64,000 bases of DNA from Candidatus Bathyarchaeota archaeon. GTDB lineage: Archaea; Thermoproteota; Bathyarchaeia; Bathyarchaeales; Bathycorpusculaceae. The stretch spans positions 640,001 to 704,000 of the forward strand of contig CAWHVC010000003.1 of NCBI GenBank assembly GCA_963832745.1, read 5' to 3'. The notes beneath the pieces were generated by a model, which was not told where the DNA came from, made no database searches, and worked only from the letters and a program-made list of their open reading frames with translations. Made by a program: the position numbers and the translations under genes. Shown one piece after another: positions 29,317 to 39,175 of this stretch; positions within the stretch are counted from its first letter, which is position 1; each line of letters starts with the position of its first letter.

Positions 29317-29718
29317 TTGTTTTTGAAGAAAATCAATGAGTTAATGCAAGAAGCAGATTGGAAAGTCGAGAAACATGTACCAGTTATTGAATGTGATGAG
29401 AATGTAGCTGCGAATGAACTTTTTGAAGTAAAAGCAGCTATTGGTAAAGAAGTTGCTCATCCAAACACGACTGAGCACCACATTAGCTGGATGGAAATTT
29501 ATTTTCTGCCCGAAGGCGAAAAGTTCCCATACTTGATTGCCCGAAATGAATTTGGTGCGCACGGAGCTTCAGCGCAAGGACCAAACACAAGCACAGTATA
29601 TACCAACCATTCAATGGCTTGCTGGATGAAAACTGGTAAACCTGGAACTTTGATGGCTGTTTCAATGTGTAACATCCACGGGTTATGGCAGTCAGCAAAA
29701 GAAATTAAAATAAAATAA
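29317..29718 (+). CDS. sor: Superoxide reductase (neelaredoxin-type, 1Fe)
   Basis: EKHVP, HPNTTEHHISW, CNIHGLW. Confidence 0.93.
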   Translation: MFLKKINELMQEADWKVEKHVPVIECDENVAANELFEVKAAIGKEVAHPNTTEHHISWMEIYFLPEGEKFPYLIARNEFGAHGASAQGPNTSTVYTNHSMACWMKTGKPGTLMAVSMCNIHGLWQSAKEIKIK

Positions 29719-29770
29719 TTCCCTTTTTTGAATTTTTGTGAATTTTAATTATAAAAAAAGACTGTTATGG

Positions 29771-30892
29771 TTATGCAGTCATCAACTTCTTTACTGCATC
29801 AACAAGTTTTTGGTTGTCTTTATCTGAGCGTACAGTAAGCCTGAAGTAGGTGGCGTCTAAACCCACGAAGGTACAGCAGTCACGAATCAGCATGCCCATT
29901 TTGGATAGTTCTTCCTTAAGTTTGGTTGAGGTAATTTTGCCGTTGGTGATTTTTACAAGCAAAAAATTAGTTTCTGAAGGGAACACTTGCAAGCCGGCGA
30001 TTTTGCTGAGTTGCTCCATGAACCGTGCACGTTCTTGTTTGATTGTGCGTTTAGTATTTTCTATAAACGCTTTGTCACTGAACGCTGCTAAAGTGGCGAA
30101 ACCTGCGAGGCTGTTTATGCTCCATGGCTGCCGTACGTCGAGGAGTTTGTTGATTAGGTTTTTTGCTGCAATGCCATACCCGAAGCGTATGCCCGGCATG
30201 CCGTAGAATTTGGTTACTGAACGGATAACGAAAAGGTTTTCGTACTGGTTTACGTAACCTGCCATTGTTCCTGTTTGTTCTTTGTCTGTGAATTCAATAT
30301 AGTTTTCGTCGATGCTGAAGATTACGTTTCTCTTTTGGCAGTACTCGACAAGATCAAGAATTTCCTTTACGCCATATAGTTTCCCTGAGGGGCTGTGAGG
30401 ATTGCATATGGAAACGATTTTTGTGTCAGACGTTATGGCATCCTTAATTTTCTGGTTCTCCATACTGAAATCGGAGGGTAGCTGGACATAGATTGTTTGT
30501 CCCCCTAAGCGTAAAGCTGCTTTTTCATATTCAGTAAATGAAGGCACTGGAACTACAGCGTTAAAGTTAGCTCTTGAAAAAATTTCTGTAATCATATAGA
30601 TGAGTTCGATTGAGCCGTTGCCCAAAATGATGTTATCAGCATCTACGCCTGGCTGGTTAACATAGTCGGCGATGCTTCTGCGGAGTTCAACAGGGTTTGG
30701 GTCAGGATAATACCTTATCAGTTTAGCGTTTTCTTTAACCGACTCAAGAGCTTTTGGTGAAGGCCCCAAATGGTTAATTGGTCCACTAAAATCAAGTGCT
30801 TCTTCGAGGGGAATATTATATTTTCTGGCGAAACCCCAAACGTCGCCGCCGTGGCTTACAAATCTGCGTTCTCTACACTCATTATTCGCCAA
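29771..30892 (-). CDS. cobD: L-threonine-O-3-phosphate decarboxylase CobD (HisC-like PLP enzyme)
   Basis: HGGD, LDFSGPIN, GNGSIELIY, CNPHSPSG, RSVTKFYGMPGIRFGY, LIRDC. Confidence 0.85.
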   Translation of the reverse strand: MANNECRERRFVSHGGDVWGFARKYNIPLEEALDFSGPINHLGPSPKALESVKENAKLIRYYPDPNPVELRRSIADYVNQPGVDADNIILGNGSIELIYMITEIFSRANFNAVVPVPSFTEYEKAALRLGGQTIYVQLPSDFSMENQKIKDAITSDTKIVSICNPHSPSGKLYGVKEILDLVEYCQKRNVIFSIDENYIEFTDKEQTGTMAGYVNQYENLFVIRSVTKFYGMPGIRFGYGIAAKNLINKLLDVRQPWSINSLAGFATLAAFSDKAFIENTKRTIKQERARFMEQLSKIAGLQVFPSETNFLLVKITNGKITSTKLKEELSKMGMLIRDCCTFVGLDATYFRLTVRSDKDNQKLVDAVKKLMTA

Positions 30893-31451
30893 CTTTTTTC
30901 TCCTCCATCAGACTTAAGATTTTTTTCTCTACTTGTAAATGTGCCTTGTAATGTGCATTGTAAAGGTTAACTACTTTGTATAGCCAGTAAATTACCCCAA
31001 AGCCCAACGTTACTATCGTAATTACAGTGTACATTTTTATGGGTATCGTCTGTGTCATAAACATTGGTTCAGGGAACGCTTGAGCAAGAAACTGTTCCTG
31101 TTCAGCTTCATGTGCAACTAAATCTTTAGACAACAAATAAGTAATAATGAAGACTGGAATAATCAGAATAATGGCTGCCGTCCAAATTGATGTATTCATT
31201 TCACGTGGATGCTTGGTTATTTTTGGCACAGTTTTGCCTTGACGCCGCAGGTAAGCTGCTATTTGCTCTTCGAGGGCTTCTTCTTTTTTGAAGTGATGGT
31301 TTCTGCCCTCTATTAAACGGTGAAACATGGGAAAAAATGCTAACCCGAAAGTGACAATGGCGCCTAAAAACCACATGGAAAACCAGACTTTGCGGTCGCC
31401 TTCCAGTGAAGTAAACGTTGGGTTTTCCATTTTAAGCATCAATTCATCCAT
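30882..31451 (-). CDS. Membrane protein (DUF4234-like)
   Basis: Repeated IVTxG-hydrophobic segments, YWLYKVVNLYNAH. Confidence 0.7.
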   Translation of the reverse strand: MDELMLKMENPTFTSLEGDRKVWFSMWFLGAIVTFGLAFFPMFHRLIEGRNHHFKKEEALEEQIAAYLRRQGKTVPKITKHPREMNTSIWTAAIILIIPVFIITYLLSKDLVAHEAEQEQFLAQAFPEPMFMTQTIPIKMYTVITIVTLGFGVIYWLYKVVNLYNAHYKAHLQVEKKILSLMEEKKVGE

Positions 31452-31517
31452 GATTGTTTATGGCAATGGTGGAGTAGCCAAACTTTATAAGTTCTTCCAT
31501 CGAGCTTCAATAGTAAA

Positions 31518-32219
31518 ATGAGCTCCAAGCAAATGCTGATTTCCATCATCATTCCCCTTTACAATGAAGAGCGGACCATAGGCAATGTCATTGAACGTGT
31601 TCAAGCATCTATGGAGCAGACGGGCTTGAAATTCGAAATTATAGTTGCGGATGACCATTCATTTGACGCTTCACTGCAGGTAGCTAAAACTTACCCTGTT
31701 AGGGTGTACAGTTTAACTGCACATGTGGGTAAAGGCATGGGATTACGTGCAGGTTTTGCTAAAGCTAAAGGCGACATAATAGTAACTATCGATTCAGATG
31801 GTTCACACCGTCCCGAAGAGCTGCCAAGACTGCTTTATCCAATATTAAATGACAAAGCCGACTTAGTAATAGGCTCCCGTTACCTGCACCAGAAAAATGT
31901 TGCTGCCAAAAGGCTCAATGCTTTTGGCGTTAAACTCTTCAACCTTATAATTCAAATGTTCATAGGAGTTTATGTGACTGATTCCCAGTCTGGCTATCGT
32001 GCAATGAAACGTAATGTTCTTAAAATCCAGCACTTAAAATCTGGCGGTTACGAGATAGAAACCGAAATGCTTGTGAAAACCGCAAAAAGCCATTATCGAG
32101 TGCTGGAAGTGCCCATCAGTTTTGAGCAACGCACTTATGGGCGGTCTGGAGTTGACCCGCTGCGGGATGGCTCAAGAATTCTTATCTCAATAATTTCAGC
32201 ACGACTGAGGGGAGTGTAA
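31518..32219 (+). CDS. GT2 glycosyltransferase (DPM1-like)
   Basis: IIIPLYNEE, DDHSFD, GKGMGLRAG, IDSDGSH, DSQSGYRA. Confidence 0.92.
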   Translation: MSSKQMLISIIIPLYNEERTIGNVIERVQASMEQTGLKFEIIVADDHSFDASLQVAKTYPVRVYSLTAHVGKGMGLRAGFAKAKGDIIVTIDSDGSHRPEELPRLLYPILNDKADLVIGSRYLHQKNVAAKRLNAFGVKLFNLIIQMFIGVYVTDSQSGYRAMKRNVLKIQHLKSGGYEIETEMLVKTAKSHYRVLEVPISFEQRTYGRSGVDPLRDGSRILISIISARLRGV

Positions 32220-32221
32220 AA

Positions 32222-33211
32222 TTGGCTGACGCCGCTCTTCCAAAAGTGTCGATAGTTGTGGCTTCAATGAATAACGAGGAAACCATTGAAGACTGCCTAA
32301 AAGCCCTGCTTGCACAGAATTACCCAGCTGACCATCTGGAGATAATTTTGATGGATGGCGTCTCAAAAGATAGGACTGTTGAAATTGCCAAAAGGTACCC
32401 CGTCAGGGTATATTCCATCCGACTGAATTGCCCTGCAGCTTACAATTATGCACAAAAAATCGCAAGCCATCCCATCTTGGGCTTTGTCGATTCCGACGCC
32501 AAGGTTGAGGTGGATTGGCTAAAAAAACTTGTAACCCGTTTAGACGAGCCAAACGTAGCGGGCGTAAGCGGCTCCATAGATACTTGGAACAACGATAATC
32601 CGTGGGCTAGAAGCATCGGTTACGAACTGAAAACCCGTTACCGCCGCATAGGAAAATACACAGGCAGAATCGCTACTATGAACTTACTGCTCAAAAAAGG
32701 TGTCATCGAAGAGGTTGGCGGTTGGGCGGAGGATATGCCAAGTCAATACGACACAGAATTCGGTTACCGCCTCGTTGCGAAGGGCTACAAAATCGCGTAT
32801 GAACCCACAGCAGTATGTTACCATTTTAATCGTCCCACGTTGAAGGCGTTTTATCGGCAGCAGCTTCAGTACGGCAAAAACACTTTAAGGTTGTACTTTA
32901 AGCATGGACGCCTTGCGAAGGGTGACGAGATTACTGATGTGGGCATGAACATTCAACCCATCTGGATGCTAGCAATTGTAGCAAGTTTCCTTCTGGGAAT
33001 AGTGCCACTTCTACGACCATTATGGTACGTTACGGGCGTTCTGCTTGTAGCTATGCTTGCTTACTACATTTATTCGGCAGCTAAAATCGTTGTTGAATTC
33101 AAAGACCGTTCGGCAATGCGGCTTATAGTGCTTTATTATGTGCGTTCAGTTGCTTGGTTTAACGGCGCCGTAATCATAACTACGTCGTATCTTGGAGGCA
33201 GACTCAAATGA
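32222..33211 (+). CDS. GT2 glycosyltransferase with C-terminal TMs
   Basis: VSIVVASMNNEE, DGVSKDRT, FVDSD, RQQLQYG. Confidence 0.9.
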   Translation: MADAALPKVSIVVASMNNEETIEDCLKALLAQNYPADHLEIILMDGVSKDRTVEIAKRYPVRVYSIRLNCPAAYNYAQKIASHPILGFVDSDAKVEVDWLKKLVTRLDEPNVAGVSGSIDTWNNDNPWARSIGYELKTRYRRIGKYTGRIATMNLLLKKGVIEEVGGWAEDMPSQYDTEFGYRLVAKGYKIAYEPTAVCYHFNRPTLKAFYRQQLQYGKNTLRLYFKHGRLAKGDEITDVGMNIQPIWMLAIVASFLLGIVPLLRPLWYVTGVLLVAMLAYYIYSAAKIVVEFKDRSAMRLIVLYYVRSVAWFNGAVIITTSYLGGRLK

Positions 33212-34407
33212 CAAACCGAAACATCTGCTTTATTTCGCCTGAATACTGGCCACTCGCTGGTGGAACAGGCGCCTATGTCTACTACTTATCTAACGAATTA
33301 ATGAAAAACGGTTACAAAGCCACCATTGTAACTGGGTCAAACCAGAATCTTGAACGGCAGGTTAACCAGCAACTTAAAGTGTATTTTCAGAAAATACCCA
33401 AAGTTCCAATCGTAAAATCGTTCATGCTCGCAGGCGCCAGCTACCGAAAACTCAACAGCATCCGCAACACCGCAAACATTGATATTACCCATCCACAGTT
33501 GCCGTTAACTCCAAGCTTTGCCGTGCCCCCCAACTTTGGAAAAACACTGGTATGCACAGTTCACTCTACATGGAAAGGTGAAGCAGAAGCTATCAGTGGT
33601 GAACCGTATAGCAGATTAAATGCGAACGAGAAATTTCTTGTCAGCTTCAACTGGTTCCTGCGCTTTTTTGAAGTTGGAATGATTAAGCGTGCCAGCCGCG
33701 TCATTGCGGTAAGTGACTTCACACGACGTGAACTAAGAAAATATTATGATATTCCCGAAAGCCGCATCCGAGTAATCCACAACGGAGTTGACACCCACAA
33801 ATTCCAACCAGCCACCGATAAACGAAAAATCAAGGCGGAACTCGGCTTAAACCCCGACGACATTGCAATCTTATCAGTGGGTAGACTTTACGCCCGCAAA
33901 GGCCTCTTCACTCTGATTGAAGCTATGCCGCCTGTGGTTAAACGGTTCAGAAATGCCAAGTTCGTAATTAGCGGCAAAGGCCAAAGCGACGAAATGGCAA
34001 AACTCAATGCGCACGCCGAACAGTTAGGCGTAAAAGACAACATCGTCTTTACTGGTTATTACCCTGATAAGAAGCTCCCTAAACTCTATCAAGCCGCAGA
34101 CGTGTTTGCGTTCTCAACCTTCTATGAGCATCACCCGTTTGCTGTGCTCGAAGCGCTCGCAACGGGGTTGCCAGTAGTGACAACGACTGTGGGCGGAATA
34201 GCTGAAACCATAGAAACAGGCAAAAACGGCTTGTTAGTGCAACCATTCAATTCAAAACAGTTCTCTGATGCAATCTTGTATTTGCTTGAGCATCCAGCGG
34301 AAGCGGCAGAAATGGGCGCCAAAGCAAGAAGAACCATCATAAACGAGTATGATTGGAGTATTGTGGTTAAGCAGGCATTGAAAGTGTATGATGAAGCCCT
34401 ACGCTAA
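33208..34407 (+). CDS. GT4 glycosyltransferase
   Basis: EYWPLAGG, VIHNGVD, VGRLYARKG, EHHPFAVLEALATG. Confidence 0.92.
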   Translation: MTNRNICFISPEYWPLAGGTGAYVYYLSNELMKNGYKATIVTGSNQNLERQVNQQLKVYFQKIPKVPIVKSFMLAGASYRKLNSIRNTANIDITHPQLPLTPSFAVPPNFGKTLVCTVHSTWKGEAEAISGEPYSRLNANEKFLVSFNWFLRFFEVGMIKRASRVIAVSDFTRRELRKYYDIPESRIRVIHNGVDTHKFQPATDKRKIKAELGLNPDDIAILSVGRLYARKGLFTLIEAMPPVVKRFRNAKFVISGKGQSDEMAKLNAHAEQLGVKDNIVFTGYYPDKKLPKLYQAADVFAFSTFYEHHPFAVLEALATGLPVVTTTVGGIAETIETGKNGLLVQPFNSKQFSDAILYLLEHPAEAAEMGAKARRTIINEYDWSIVVKQALKVYDEALR

Positions 34408-35363
34408 GCGACTTCTATCGGTTCTTTCCTGTAAGCTTTAGTTATTCGCTGGAACAGGTGAACTATGTCAAGTGAGCAGAACAGCACTTTGGTCAAGTAT
34501 TCATGGTGGTAAATGATGATTTGGGCTTTAACTGGCAAATCAATGCGTGGCGGCTCAAATTGGCGAGCAACCGCGGCTACTGGGACGCCTTCTTCTTTAA
34601 TGTCGCTTTCTTGCACGCCAGTTTTTCGGGCGATGTAGCTTAGGTATGTTTCTTTCCAGTTGAGTTTCATGATTTTAGCGGCGACAATGTCCAAGGCTAA
34701 GGCGTCTGTGCTGGTCAGCATAAGGTTCATTTCCACTGGTTTCCCTTTTGTTGGTCCATTGCCTTCGATGCCTGTTCGTGCATCCATAATGGTCAAGGCT
34801 GGCTTGAACAGGGTGTAGAGTCGGTAGAATACTTCGGGTAGGTACGGGTGCAGATAAATGCGTTTGTTGCTGGGTATGCAGCCGAACAGGTTTTTGATTG
34901 CACCACTGTAAGCCATAAACTCGTGCGTCTTCATCAATGGTAAATCGACTACGGCGTCGGCGTCAAGGATAGTTTTAGGCAGAAACAGTCGTTTTAGGGG
35001 CGTGTTGGTGTCTGGAAATTTGACTTCTACAATTTTATCTTCGGAAAGGTTGATTGCGGTTCCGCCTGCTTTCTCGACTGATTTTTGCATGCCGGTTTTG
35101 TCAAAGGCTGTCCAGCAGGGGTAATTAAAGCCGTTGGATTCGCCTACGATTACCTCGCTGTTTTGGTCTCGTAGAAGCCCGATTAGTTCGTTGGTTAATT
35201 CTGGGCTGGTGACTACACCGGGCAGGTATTCGGGGTGGCTAAGGTTAGGCTTTATGAAAATCCGTTTTTTACCCCGCAGGTTCGCTGAGGCAACGGCTTC
35301 TTTTAGGATGTCACTTATGGAGGTGTCTTCTGTACGGTAAACCTTCACTGGTTTAGGCGTCAT
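34404..35363 (-). CDS. DUF362 domain protein
   Basis: IFIKPNL, LPLMKTH, GAIKNLFG, EGNGPTKG, DALALD; ATGA coupling to upstream radical SAM gene. Confidence 0.88.
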   Translation of the reverse strand: MTPKPVKVYRTEDTSISDILKEAVASANLRGKKRIFIKPNLSHPEYLPGVVTSPELTNELIGLLRDQNSEVIVGESNGFNYPCWTAFDKTGMQKSVEKAGGTAINLSEDKIVEVKFPDTNTPLKRLFLPKTILDADAVVDLPLMKTHEFMAYSGAIKNLFGCIPSNKRIYLHPYLPEVFYRLYTLFKPALTIMDARTGIEGNGPTKGKPVEMNLMLTSTDALALDIVAAKIMKLNWKETYLSYIARKTGVQESDIKEEGVPVAAVARQFEPPRIDLPVKAQIIIYHHEYLTKVLFCSLDIVHLFQRITKAYRKEPIEVA

Positions 35364-36781
35364 TGGCTGTTTTTCACTCCCATAATGCATCCTGGATCGC
35401 CGCAAAGGGTGTCACCGTTATGGTACGCCGCAGAACGTGCCCTGCAGCCGCCGCAGATGTACTTGTAATCGCATTTACTGCAGGACCCCTTCAGGTTAGC
35501 CCGATTTCGGAAAGCATTAAACAGTGGCGCGTTAAGCCAAATATCCTTGAATTTGCGTGTTTTTAGGTTGCCCACATTTTCGGGCAAGAAAACGCAGGGG
35601 CGCACGTCGCCTTGTGGGGAAATTGCGCAGTACAGTCTGCCAGCACCGCATCCGCCGATAAACTCGCCAAGAGGTACCGCCTTTTTGGTTACTCTCACGG
35701 TTTGCATGTGAGCAAGCGCCAAGGTAACTTCGCCTGTACCGTTGTCTCCTTGACATTGTGCCGCAACACGCGCCAATTGTGGCGCCGTGGCAAGAATCGT
35801 GGTTTTGCATCCTGCTGACATGCGATTTAGCAGGTAACGCATTACTTCTTCGCGTTCCTGTGGGGAAAGGTCTTGGTCTGCGTGGTCTTTGCCGCGTCCA
35901 GCAGGAATGAAGTTGAAATATGTGAATCGTTCGGCTTGAAACTTTTCTGCCAAATCTATTATTGCAGGCAATTCTGCCATGTTATTTTTACCTACCGTTG
36001 TGGCGATGCAAGTGCAAATGTCTGCATCTACACAGTTCTTAAGACCCAAAATTGCTTTTTCAAAAGCGCCTGGAACACCGCGGAAATCGTCATGTGTTTT
36101 GGCGGTTGCTCCATCAATGCTAATGTCAACATAGTTGACTTTGGCTTCTTTGAGTTTCTGAACGTTTTCTTTAGTGAAAAGCGTGCCGTTAGACGCCAAT
36201 GAAACGTACAGTCCGCGGTCGGCTGCGTAACGGGCTACCTTAAAAAAGTCACTGCGAGTCAATGGTTCACCCCCGCTAAACGCCAACGCCGTTACATGCG
36301 CATCAGCAAGCTGGTCCACAACTGCCAACGCTTGTTCGGTGGTTAATTCTTCCTCTTCAACTTCTCCACTGTTTGAGTAGCAGTGTTTGCAGCGAAGGTT
36401 GCATTTGTGTGTAAAATCCCATACCACCAAGAATGGGGCAACAAGTGACATGGGCTTTTTGATACCGAAATGCTCAAAGGATTCGACAAGGTTTAACACG
36501 GCGTTTCGTGCATACTTGTCTGTTAATAGCTGCTCTACTTTTGCCCGTTTAAATCCAAGGGCTCTGCGTAGGAATTCTATCCAAAAGGCGATGATTTGAT
36601 TGTAAAGGGGACTGCATTTTTCGCATGCCTTGTCGGTTTTGCCGCCGTAATTGTCCAATGCTGCTTCAAGAACCGTTCGTCCGCAGACATTGCATTTGCG
36701 TAGTGAAAGCTGAAGCATCTTTTTTGTCATGGGCATGCTGACTATGGCGTTCCAGAAGCTGTCGTGACTAAGTATACTCAT
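35360..36781 (-). CDS. Radical SAM/SPASM protein with N-terminal CxxC...CxxC extension (GMGT synthase-like candidate)
   Basis: APFLVVWDFTHKCNLRCKHC, FSGGEPL, FIGGCGAGRLY, PCVF, CSKCDYKYICGGCRAR. Confidence 0.85.
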   Translation of the reverse strand: MSILSHDSFWNAIVSMPMTKKMLQLSLRKCNVCGRTVLEAALDNYGGKTDKACEKCSPLYNQIIAFWIEFLRRALGFKRAKVEQLLTDKYARNAVLNLVESFEHFGIKKPMSLVAPFLVVWDFTHKCNLRCKHCYSNSGEVEEEELTTEQALAVVDQLADAHVTALAFSGGEPLTRSDFFKVARYAADRGLYVSLASNGTLFTKENVQKLKEAKVNYVDISIDGATAKTHDDFRGVPGAFEKAILGLKNCVDADICTCIATTVGKNNMAELPAIIDLAEKFQAERFTYFNFIPAGRGKDHADQDLSPQEREEVMRYLLNRMSAGCKTTILATAPQLARVAAQCQGDNGTGEVTLALAHMQTVRVTKKAVPLGEFIGGCGAGRLYCAISPQGDVRPCVFLPENVGNLKTRKFKDIWLNAPLFNAFRNRANLKGSCSKCDYKYICGGCRARSAAYHNGDTLCGDPGCIMGVKNSQ

Positions 36782-36955
36782 GCGGGTGGGTTCTCCTAAA
36801 GCAAGTGTACTATTTGGCGTGCAGGGAATGTTAAATATTTCTCTAAAACCCTCAATTGAGCGACCAAAGATTTTGGCGCTGAAAAAATGGGTACGTATTA
36901 TTCAAAAAACTAAATAAGCAAACGAGTTTACATACTGACTTACGGGTTTAGAAAC

Positions 36956-37684
36956 ATGAAACAAGCTGCTGCTTTGGCTGTTGTTGCTTTAACATTTCTT
37001 TTCTTATCAACTGCAGAATTGGCGGTTGCCAACCCGATAATGGCGCCTGTGGTTGACGTTGAATCACCCGTAAACAACCAAGTTTACCCAGCAAGCGATG
37101 TTGAACTAAAATTCTCTCCACTTTCATGGTACACCTTTTCAGAGTACTACTACGTTCTTGATGACCAAGCGCCAACGCCGATAAACAGCACAGCAACCCT
37201 GACTGGATTGTCCGCTGGTTCGCATATGCTAAAAATCTACGGCAACGGCACCCTAACTATATCGTCTCCTCCAAGCCATACATTCCAAAGTAATGACGAA
37301 CTAGTCAGCGTTATCTATTTCAGCACATTCTTCTCTACAGCATGGGTCATATTCGCTGCCGTGATTGTTTTTATTTTCACGGCAATTCCGTTTGTGATCT
37401 ATAAGAAACGCGTACAAATCAAATCGGCGTTTAAAGGTGAAAAAAACGCTATTTTTTCCGTTGGTTTGGTTCTGTTTGTTCTTTCCAGTTTAGCCTTTGT
37501 CTCTTTTGCTTGGCAGGTTGTAAGTAATTTTCTGTTTCCTTACTGGCCACCACGAGCCCTCACTCCCAACTATAATATTCCATTTGTTTTGAGCCTGTTC
37601 TTCCTAAGTTTGGGATTACTGATAATGTGGTTAAGTACCGTAAAACGGCAGCCGCACCCAAAACCCATGCAGGCTAACGTTTAG
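36956..37684 (+). CDS. Membrane/surface protein with Ig-like domain and three TMs
   Basis: Signal peptide, SPVNNQVY...YYVLDD...TLTGLSAGSHMLKIY, three TM segments. Confidence 0.72.
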   Translation: MKQAAALAVVALTFLFLSTAELAVANPIMAPVVDVESPVNNQVYPASDVELKFSPLSWYTFSEYYYVLDDQAPTPINSTATLTGLSAGSHMLKIYGNGTLTISSPPSHTFQSNDELVSVIYFSTFFSTAWVIFAAVIVFIFTAIPFVIYKKRVQIKSAFKGEKNAIFSVGLVLFVLSSLAFVSFAWQVVSNFLFPYWPPRALTPNYNIPFVLSLFFLSLGLLIMWLSTVKRQPHPKPMQANV

Positions 37685-38285
37685 CAATAATGCACTCAGC
37701 TATCTGCAACTCTTTAGGCGTGTTAACATTCACAGCCAACTCGTCAGTATCAAACAGAAAAATGTCTTGATCAAGCCACTCGTCACCATACCGTTTGCCG
37801 CCGTCAATCACATTAATGCCCGTAGGGACCACGTCCTTGTCATCCATTTTAAACGAGTACTCCACGCTCATGCCCATACGGGTTTTAGTTTCAATAGGCA
37901 CCGCAACAGTTAACGCTGGTTTTCCACAGTTTTCATAATGCTCCACAATGCGGTCCAAAATTTCGCCTGTAACTAACGGCAAATCCGCGGCTACAGCCAA
38001 AAACTTGCCCAGTTTTAGGGTTTGAGTAGCATAACCCATGTCTGACACGTAATCCTGCCCCGGTGTCATAACAATTTGAACGTTAGATTCCCGCATTAAC
38101 TGGGCAGTTTTAGGTGTACGTTCGGTTACGGCAACATAGACTTTGTCAATCTTTTTAGCACTCTTTAAGGCATCAAGCACGTATTCGATGACGGGTTTAC
38201 CGCACACCTTAATCAATGGTTTTTCTTGGGTGGAGCCCATGCGTGTGCCTTTGCCGCCAGCCATTACTAACGCGGGAACAGTCAT
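37674..38285 (-). CDS. cobY: CobY-like NTP transferase, second paralog
   Basis: ALVMAGGKGTRM, EKPLI, DYVSDM, ADLPLV, GINVI, VNVNT. Confidence 0.8.
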   Translation of the reverse strand: MTVPALVMAGGKGTRMGSTQEKPLIKVCGKPVIEYVLDALKSAKKIDKVYVAVTERTPKTAQLMRESNVQIVMTPGQDYVSDMGYATQTLKLGKFLAVAADLPLVTGEILDRIVEHYENCGKPALTVAVPIETKTRMGMSVEYSFKMDDKDVVPTGINVIDGGKRYGDEWLDQDIFLFDTDELAVNVNTPKELQIAECIIAKR

Positions 38286-39127
38286 ATTATCAGCAACACT
38301 CCCGCAAGCAACACAAGCGTAACTGCTCTTGAAACCTCGTTAGTTGCTCCTATAACGTCGCCTGAAACACCGCCGAAAACTTTCTCAGCTACTTTTTCCA
38401 TCACCCACGCGACTGGAAGGCTGACAAACACCAATGCGATTCCTAAGACACCGTAGACTGGGTCAACCGCTAAACTAAACAATACAAAAGCAATTACGGC
38501 TGAAACGACGTAGGCAACTATGTTCAGTTTCTTTTTTGCTTTCTTTAAGAAAATGGAGCCTAAACCTTTGTGAGTAGGCTTTCCAATCCAAACAACTGTA
38601 ACCATAGCAAGTTTAGCTGAGATTTCCGCAGCAATAATGGCGGCAAAAATTATCGCTATGTTAGTGAAGGCTGGTACAAGCAAGAACAAGCCTAAAAACG
38701 CTGCAAACTCGACAATCATGGCAAAAACTGCGCCTGAATAGTTCACGGTCCAAGCATGGGCAGCCATTTTTCTGTCATGTTCACTTCGATAACCTAAAGC
38801 GTTGCCAAGGTCGATTAAGCCGTCAAAATGTTGCAGTCCAGTCAATACCAGCAGAAACGCCACCGTCATAGCTGCAGATGCGAATCTTGCCAAAAAATCA
38901 ACAGGCAAAGCCACAACGCTGTTAACTAGACCAAGCAGGAACTGGAGGACAAAATTGCTGCCGATGAAATACGCCGCTGCAAGGGTTCCTATGAAGCCGC
39001 CGATTAAGGGAAAAAGGTACATGTTCTCTGCTGAAGTGAAAACGAAGTCTTCTTTTCCGCCCATTGGGATTATAGTTAGGAAAGCAAGCAAATCCCTAAA
39101 AGTTTTTATAGCTTTTGCTGGCGACAT
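38282..39127 (-). CDS. cobS: CobS-like membrane protein, diverged second paralog
   Basis: AFLTIIP, FPLIG, LTGLQHFDGLIDLGNA, FGGVSGDVIGATNE. Confidence 0.8.
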   Translation of the reverse strand: MSPAKAIKTFRDLLAFLTIIPMGGKEDFVFTSAENMYLFPLIGGFIGTLAAAYFIGSNFVLQFLLGLVNSVVALPVDFLARFASAAMTVAFLLVLTGLQHFDGLIDLGNALGYRSEHDRKMAAHAWTVNYSGAVFAMIVEFAAFLGLFLLVPAFTNIAIIFAAIIAAEISAKLAMVTVVWIGKPTHKGLGSIFLKKAKKKLNIVAYVVSAVIAFVLFSLAVDPVYGVLGIALVFVSLPVAWVMEKVAEKVFGGVSGDVIGATNEVSRAVTLVLLAGVLLII

Positions 39128-39175
39128 ATAACCTTACACTATATACGTAGGAATATAGACTTTGTCGTGATTTGG

